From contig CAVQMM010000001.1 in assembly GCA_963713615.1 (NCBI GenBank), positions 384,001 through 448,000 on the forward strand: a stretch of DNA of 64,000 bases, read 5' to 3'. Source of the stretch: an uncultured Chlamydiae bacterium. Its GTDB lineage: Bacteria; Chlamydiota; Chlamydiia; Chlamydiales; JAJFMA01. Position 1 is the stretch's first letter, and each line of letters opens with the position of its first letter. Both the position numbers and the translations under genes were made by a program. Under the pieces are notes generated by a model. That model ran no database searches. It saw nothing but the letters and a program-made list of their open reading frames with translations, and was not told where the DNA came from. This document shows, piece after piece, positions 58,451 through 64,000 of the stretch.

Positions 58451-59152
58451 TTAACTCCTTGTTGGTGAAAGTTTGGTTTGGAGCGCTTTTGCCAGGCTTT
58501 CCCAGGCTGCTTGCTTCTCTTGAGTTTCCATCAACGCCATGGCATATTTCCATGCTTCTTCCGCATCATTTTTTTTGTCCAAATTCAATAAGCACTCGCA
58601 GGTAAGCAGGACGGGAAGTGCGTTACTTTCATTGACATCGATAGCTATATCATAAGCATTCATAGCCTCCTGATACTCACCCAACATCTGGTGTGTGCCG
58701 CCCAGACCAAGCCAAAAGGTTTCCATGAGTGGATTTAATATTGTGAGAAGGGTAAAGATGTCGCCAGCTTGCTCGAATTGTTCGCGTTGGTATTGGTCAT
58801 TGGCGATGCGATACCAAAGCCGCATGCTGGTGTTGCTGATGCCTAAAGCGTGCTGCAAGTCCTGCGTTGCCTCTTCCCATTTTGTCGCTCCCGTAGCCAT
58901 TTTGTTAAGATCTGCCCACATTTGCTTTTGTTCCTCGACAGAAAGTAGTGACACGCCATCTTTCAGAAGAGTGTTTATGGCACGGTTGAGTCTCGTGCTC
59001 ACATCCTTCATCTGAAGTGTTTCGAGAACCTCGTTTCGCCACTTAGCTTTTTGCTGCTCAGCGGATAATAATGACTTGGGATCGTAGACATTCGCACTAT
59101 CCACAATCGCATCAGCCAGTTGTTCCAGTGTTTCTATCTCTTGCATCTGCAT
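58451..59152 (-). CDS. SycD/LcrH-family TPR type III secretion chaperone
   Basis: Y..A...Y....FEQA..IF.LL..LNP....FWLGLG...QM..EYQEA..AY. Confidence 0.8.
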   Translation of the reverse strand: MQMQEIETLEQLADAIVDSANVYDPKSLLSAEQQKAKWRNEVLETLQMKDVSTRLNRAINTLLKDGVSLLSVEEQKQMWADLNKMATGATKWEEATQDLQHALGISNTSMRLWYRIANDQYQREQFEQAGDIFTLLTILNPLMETFWLGLGGTHQMLGEYQEAMNAYDIAIDVNESNALPVLLTCECLLNLDKKNDAEEAWKYAMALMETQEKQAAWESLAKALQTKLSPTRS

Positions 59153-59289
59153 AACCCACCACTCTATTTGAATTCTTGTTCCATTACTTAATTATAATTA
59201 AATCTATGATATTATTCACAAATAGTTTTTTTTGTTATAATTATTTGCGTATGAATAAGCTATTGTTTAATCGAGTTTGAGGAGGATTT

Positions 59290-60501
59290 ATGGTTAGTAT
59301 GATAGACGATGTGAACTACGCACACGACAAGCTGGGGGAGGCGATATCCCAGGCAAAATTAGCGGGACATGAGTTTAAGCAAGCTTGCGCTGATGCAATA
59401 GACAAGGTAATCGCTGATATCACCGAAGCTATCAAGGAAACTGAAGCTGCACCTTTACCAGACAAGGGCTTTTTTGCACGTCTAGGAGCTAAATTTGCGA
59501 GATATCGCAAGACGAGTAAGCTGCACAAAGAGATGCGGTTTCTAGAGAACGTAAAATTTGAGATGGAAAAGACACTAATTGACAGCTATCAAGATGCCCA
59601 AAAACTTGTAGAAAAGGTGGTGCGAGATCTTAGACGTCCCTATCTTATAGGGAAAAAATTAATCGGACCATCTCGCAGCATGGATGCGCTCGTTCCTAAC
59701 ATTCTGGCTGCTAAGCGGACGTTGCGTGAGAAGATTATGCAATGCGTTCACAGCATGGACATGGAATTAGATAGGCTACGTGATAGCTTTGACGAAAACA
59801 CGACTAAAGCAAGCGTTAATAACCTCATGTCTGAGGCAGCCTACAAGGATGGCTTAAAGCTGTCTCAGCTGGAAAGTATCAACCATCGTGCCCGTCTGAT
59901 CACAGCACCTCCTGTGGTTGAGGCTGTAGTGCCTGCTGCCACCGAGCCTGCAGTCGTATCCGTCGAGGAATCCGAGGTTGCGGCGCCTATCTATGAAGAG
60001 AACGTGGCCGCACCTGAAGAGATTGATAGTACTCCTATAGCAGCTGAGGTAGAAGAAGAATCAGAAACATCACCAGCTATTAAGGATGAATACCAGGAAC
60101 CTGTTGAGGCCCTTGAAGAAGAATCTTATCTGAAATCCTATGAGGAAAACCTTCCATCGGAGGATATGCCCCAGGAGAATACCCTGATGGAAGAAGAACC
60201 TGTTGCTACGGAGACGGTAGAAGCAGCTGTAGAGAATGAACAAGAAGCTCTCCAAAATGATGAGATGCCGGAAGAAATACCCTCAGCAATAGAAGATGAA
60301 ACCGTTGGCAAGGCTGAGGATGTCGATGTCTATGAAGTTCCACAGGAGATGCTTGTTGAAGAAGATGAACTGACATCGCCTGAGCAGGAGCTGACGCCAC
60401 AGGAAGAACAGATGCTGGCTCACGAAGAAGAACAGCAACAGGATCCGGTTGCGAAACAAGGTGAAGAATTTGAGGAGCCAAATCAGTCCAAGTCAGCTTA
60501 A
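59290..60501 (+). CDS. Hypothetical protein: helical N-half, highly acidic E/P-rich C-half
   Basis: 403-aa ORF with a GGAGG RBS. Confidence 0.8.
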   Translation: MVSMIDDVNYAHDKLGEAISQAKLAGHEFKQACADAIDKVIADITEAIKETEAAPLPDKGFFARLGAKFARYRKTSKLHKEMRFLENVKFEMEKTLIDSYQDAQKLVEKVVRDLRRPYLIGKKLIGPSRSMDALVPNILAAKRTLREKIMQCVHSMDMELDRLRDSFDENTTKASVNNLMSEAAYKDGLKLSQLESINHRARLITAPPVVEAVVPAATEPAVVSVEESEVAAPIYEENVAAPEEIDSTPIAAEVEEESETSPAIKDEYQEPVEALEEESYLKSYEENLPSEDMPQENTLMEEEPVATETVEAAVENEQEALQNDEMPEEIPSAIEDETVGKAEDVDVYEVPQEMLVEEDELTSPEQELTPQEEQMLAHEEEQQQDPVAKQGEEFEEPNQSKSA

Positions 60502-60509
60502 AAACAGGT

Positions 60510-61613
60510 TTAAAGAATCGCTACAAAGGCTTTAAATCTCTCGAAAACCAGATTGGGATGCAGGACTTTCAAACAGGCAAAGTCAGGACAATCAACTGCA
60601 CGTTGTGTTCTGCTGTTGTTGGGATGGATCCACGAGTAGCAAGGTCCGCAGGACAGGCCAGCAGAGACAACACAGTGATGGCTTGGGTCTAGCCACTCAT
60701 AACCAGCTTGAAGGGGATCTGAAGCGCCCCATATCGTGAAGGTGGGACGTTTAAGGGCCATGGATAGATGCATCAGACCACTATCATGGCCCATGAGAAG
60801 TTGAGAATACAAAATCAGCTGCATGACATCGTCTTGGGTGGTCTCACCAACGACAGAAATAACGCGAGGAATATTTTGGGACATTATTTCCTGCGCATTC
60901 GATAGTTCGTTAGGACCGCCCAACAGGACGAAGTGATGTCCTGGATATTCCTTCGAGATCTTTCGCAGCAATTCTATCCAATACATTAAAGGCCAAGACT
61001 TGTACTGCACGAGATTGTGCGCCGCCGAAGTCTGAACCGTAAAAAAGGGCGTAGGAATCCTGGAGGAGAACTCAGGAGGCAAGGGCCTTGAAAAGCGTTT
61101 TTGTATGGCTTCTAGGGAGTAGGACAGAAGCTCAATGCTGAGGTCTTGATTAGTAGCTTCAGGTATCCACAGTCGTAGGTTTTGGGTGGCATCATGGATG
61201 TGCTTTACTAAAGGATTGCGCTGATAGGTGGCACCGGTCAAGAGAATTTCGCGTTTTCCGATGAAGTTGGCAACAATTTTTCTTCCAATGGCTCTAGCGA
61301 GAAGAAGGTTTTGCCATGTTGCCGCCATGGGCATTAGATAGACTTCGTCGAAAGCTTTGAAATAGCGTACCGCTGCCTGAATCATCGATCTTCTATTGGG
61401 TGAGATCGCTATGGACATATCTAAAAGATCCATATCGGCAAGGATCTCTTCGGAGACATAAGGTGACTGAAAGACACCTGTCAAATGGCGATGCGTCTGC
61501 TTCAGATGCTTCAAAAGGGGAATTAGCTGTATGGCATTGCCAAGTCCTGCATTGATGAATATAGCCGCACGTACTGCTTTCAACTTCATTACCCCTGGGA
61601 AAGCAACAATCAT
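60510..61613 (-). CDS. Glycosyltransferase family 9 (heptosyltransferase-like)
   Basis: GLGNAIQLIP, KSWP and GHDSGLMHLSMAL.RPT.TIWG. Confidence 0.9.
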   Translation of the reverse strand: MIVAFPGVMKLKAVRAAIFINAGLGNAIQLIPLLKHLKQTHRHLTGVFQSPYVSEEILADMDLLDMSIAISPNRRSMIQAAVRYFKAFDEVYLMPMAATWQNLLLARAIGRKIVANFIGKREILLTGATYQRNPLVKHIHDATQNLRLWIPEATNQDLSIELLSYSLEAIQKRFSRPLPPEFSSRIPTPFFTVQTSAAHNLVQYKSWPLMYWIELLRKISKEYPGHHFVLLGGPNELSNAQEIMSQNIPRVISVVGETTQDDVMQLILYSQLLMGHDSGLMHLSMALKRPTFTIWGASDPLQAGYEWLDPSHHCVVSAGLSCGPCYSWIHPNNSRTQRAVDCPDFACLKVLHPNLVFERFKAFVAIL

Positions 61614-61856
61614 AGCGAGCGATGAGGATTTAGAGGAAGAAGCGCGTGGGGCTTTTTAGGGTTTTTACCACCGAGGCGCCGAGATAGGAGAGAGAGGATT
61701 AGGAGAGAATGTGCTCCTGCCTGTGTAATCAAGTCCTACGAAACCAGATGAATCTTTTAACTAATTAGTTATTTTGGTTGATTTTTTGTTTATAAAACAA
61801 AAAATATAATATAATAACATTGTGAACTTGTTTTTTTAATTAAGTGAGGGTTCTGT

Positions 61857-62396
61857 ATGGATGGTCTCACCCAGGTAAAAACAACTAGTAGTGTCGTTCA
61901 ACCTTCGCTTGAGCAAAAAAAGAAGGAATCCGTTTTTAGTGCCAAGCAAGAAAGAGAGTTTACTCTCACCATGAAGTTATTGGCTACAGGAGCAAAGTTT
62001 GCTGATATGCCTGAGATTGCAAAGGCGATTTCCTTGCAAGTGAAGACTACTAAGTTTGTAGATAATCTGCAGAAGAATCCTTTTGATAAGCTTATAAAAG
62101 AAGGTGATCATTCGAAACCCGTCATGACTTTAGGTTTAGGTATAGAGCTCACAGAAGACGATAATAAAATGGTTGCCTGGGCAGGACAGTTGAAGGAAAG
62201 TCTTACTGATGCTCAGGAGCAGATAAAGCAGTGTCGTCAAGGTCTGTGGCGAAATGATCCATGGGATGGATCAGAGGATCCTATAAGGAAACTATCTATT
62301 GAGAAGCAAGAGCACGCTTTTGCCGAAATTGCGCGTCTAACCGATCCTCAAGGCATGCAATTTATTGAGTCCTGCATTCAGAGGTTGGTTCACTAG
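61857..62396 (+). CDS. Hypothetical protein
   Basis: 179-aa ORF after an AT-rich promoter-like region, with a GAGG RBS. Confidence 0.7.
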   Translation: MDGLTQVKTTSSVVQPSLEQKKKESVFSAKQEREFTLTMKLLATGAKFADMPEIAKAISLQVKTTKFVDNLQKNPFDKLIKEGDHSKPVMTLGLGIELTEDDNKMVAWAGQLKESLTDAQEQIKQCRQGLWRNDPWDGSEDPIRKLSIEKQEHAFAEIARLTDPQGMQFIESCIQRLVH

Positions 62397-62474
62397 ATCT
62401 TTTTGGTTCTTTTTGAAAAATCCATTGTTAGGCATTCTCTCCTCTGAATCGTTTTGCATCACGAACTTGGGGGA

Positions 62475-63509
62475 ATGCAGATGAAATTTTATGCGTTAGC
62501 GTGCTTGTTGTTCATGCAAACCTTGACTTTTGCCTATGGAAGTGTCCTTTCTAGTGAGTTATGGGTGAGTGTGCCTGTGGATCAGAAAGCTTGGAAGCCG
62601 CTCTATCCTTCTTTGCCTTATGATCAAAATGTCCTTTGGCTCGCTCCAGAAGGCGAAGAATCTCCAATCGCTCGTAAAGAGTTTTTGGTGGTCAGGAAGG
62701 GGCCTGTGGGCTCTAAGGTGGAAAACCTCAGTGTTACGCTATCTGAGATTAATCCAGAGCACGAATTTGCCCGAACCTCGACACCAGAGGGGGCATTTGC
62801 TTTAGCGGTCAATGATCTGCGCGTAGGCCATTTCACTGTTTTGCGGTTTTTCCAAGGACCCGATGCTGTATACGAAATACGCTATGAGGCGCCCGAAAAG
62901 CTTCTTTCTGAGAGTGAGAAACAAGCTTGGTGGAAACGCATTAATGAGGCGACTGCTGATAGGTCATTCAACAATCCGACATGGCTTTCGCTTACCCCAA
63001 GTGGTGTTTCTCGCAATAAAGAGCTTATCAAGCATGTGGATAAGTGGATCACGTACCGTCATAAGACCCTTCCCTTTACTCTAGAGCTACCAGAGTCCTG
63101 GACTCTGGAGGAATCAGCAGTGACACCGGGAGCCACCAATGGAAACTCTGGATTCATACCAGCTCTCGCTTTTACACGACTGGACAAGCTTGTTCACGGG
63201 GCTGTGACAATAGCCATTCGTCCTTCTGTTGTACCTGAAGAGGAGCTGGAGCGAGAATGGCAGGAGTCCATTCAGTTTCTCAAGGACCAATCTGGTCCAG
63301 TATCTATCCTAGCGCATGGTGACTTCAAAAATAAAAATGGTGGTCGAGACCGGTTTGTGATTACAGGTGATGGTGACAGCATATCCTGGAAAGTCTTCCA
63401 TACTAGAGATGTCAACACCTATCAGGTGGAAGTATGGATGGATAAGGGGAATTTGTCGTTAGTACGCGAAACCTTACACAAGATTCTATCAAGCTTAACG
63501 GTCAGCTGA
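62475..63509 (+). CDS. Hypothetical exported protein
   Basis: Signal-peptide-like MKFYALACLLFMQTLTFA; long ORF. Confidence 0.7.
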   Translation: MQMKFYALACLLFMQTLTFAYGSVLSSELWVSVPVDQKAWKPLYPSLPYDQNVLWLAPEGEESPIARKEFLVVRKGPVGSKVENLSVTLSEINPEHEFARTSTPEGAFALAVNDLRVGHFTVLRFFQGPDAVYEIRYEAPEKLLSESEKQAWWKRINEATADRSFNNPTWLSLTPSGVSRNKELIKHVDKWITYRHKTLPFTLELPESWTLEESAVTPGATNGNSGFIPALAFTRLDKLVHGAVTIAIRPSVVPEEELEREWQESIQFLKDQSGPVSILAHGDFKNKNGGRDRFVITGDGDSISWKVFHTRDVNTYQVEVWMDKGNLSLVRETLHKILSSLTVS

Positions 63510-63665
63510 TCCCATACCTGGAGGGGAGGAATAGGAGTAGGAGTTTTTACCGCCGAGGCGCAGAGATAGGAGAGAGGGGAGTAGAAATGGCCCGGTACAA
63601 CCTCAATTAACTTTATCGAGGTTTTGGTGCAGCACAAATGGGTTTAAAGACGCAGTCTTTAAACC

Positions 63666-64000
63666 GTGCGACCGGTATGTCGTTAAACTAGAAGGTGAAA
63701 GTCCTTTACGGGCTCTAGTAAGGAGAACCGTTAGAGAAGGCAAGGGTGTCCATCGCGAGATGGAATCTGAAGAAAGCCGTGTAGATGCAACAGGTTAGCA
63801 GGAAAGTTTAACGAATTACCCGGTGAGAGCTGTATTCATGCATGGAAGAGTACTGACAAAAGAGGGAAAACCCATAGCTAGCGGTGTCTCGGAGAGATGA
63901 CGTGAACGGTACAGCAGTCAGCAGACGGCATAGTAACTCGTCGAAAGACGACGAAGGCCCGAACATGAAAACAAAGGAAAGACCCTAACTTCTATGACAA
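63666..64000 (+). ncRNA. 5' part of a group II intron (class IIC-like), running off the right edge
   Basis: Starts GTGCG. Contains GGTGAAAGTCC, GCAAGGGTGTCC..GGAATCTGAAG, TTACCCGG and AGTCAGCAGA.GGCATAGTA..GAAGGCCCGAAC. Inserted right after a stem-loop. Confidence 0.85.

Noticed and set aside
58449..58553. Longer start of the 441-aa ORF
   Set aside because: It overlaps the chaperone gene, and ATG 58448 has a clear AGGAG RBS.
57280..58605. Plus-strand ORFs of 173, 113 and 92 aa
   Set aside because: Antisense shadows of the repeat-rich minus-strand gene.

Overview
The gene content suggests an environmental chlamydia (Chlamydiota): maf next to a HEAT-repeat gene, a SycD/LcrH-type T3SS chaperone and many effector-like genes. 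This taxonomic call is an inference. (1) 1-14.9 kb is a minus-strand array of about 10 orphan Rhs C-terminal cassettes. All carry the same toxin family: a nearly invariant ~200-aa post-DPxG stalk, a hypervariable ~60-aa tip, and a cognate HEAT-like immunity gene. ISAs1, IS607 (TnpA+TnpB) and an IS21 with 238-bp terminal inverted repeats are inserted in the array. (2) A 160-bp palindromic MITE with 8-bp target duplications occurs four times. It adds exactly 168 bp (56 codons) and sits in frame in two different genes. A diverged copy shows compensatory stem changes. (3) Two giant proteins (3205 and 3619 aa; DUF3638/SF2-helicase-like) and two smaller secreted paralogs share a His...Asn...Cys cysteine-protease-like motif. 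(4) Other genes: tandem Inc/translocator-like paralogs, a GH9 glycoside hydrolase, a eukaryote-like pseudokinase, a chaperone-substrate pair, GNAT and GT9. (5) A four-layer nest of palindromes and mobile elements surrounds an IS66. Several REP-like repeat families are present, and the 5' end of a class IIC group II intron lies at the right edge. No rRNA, tRNA or CRISPR array was recognised.
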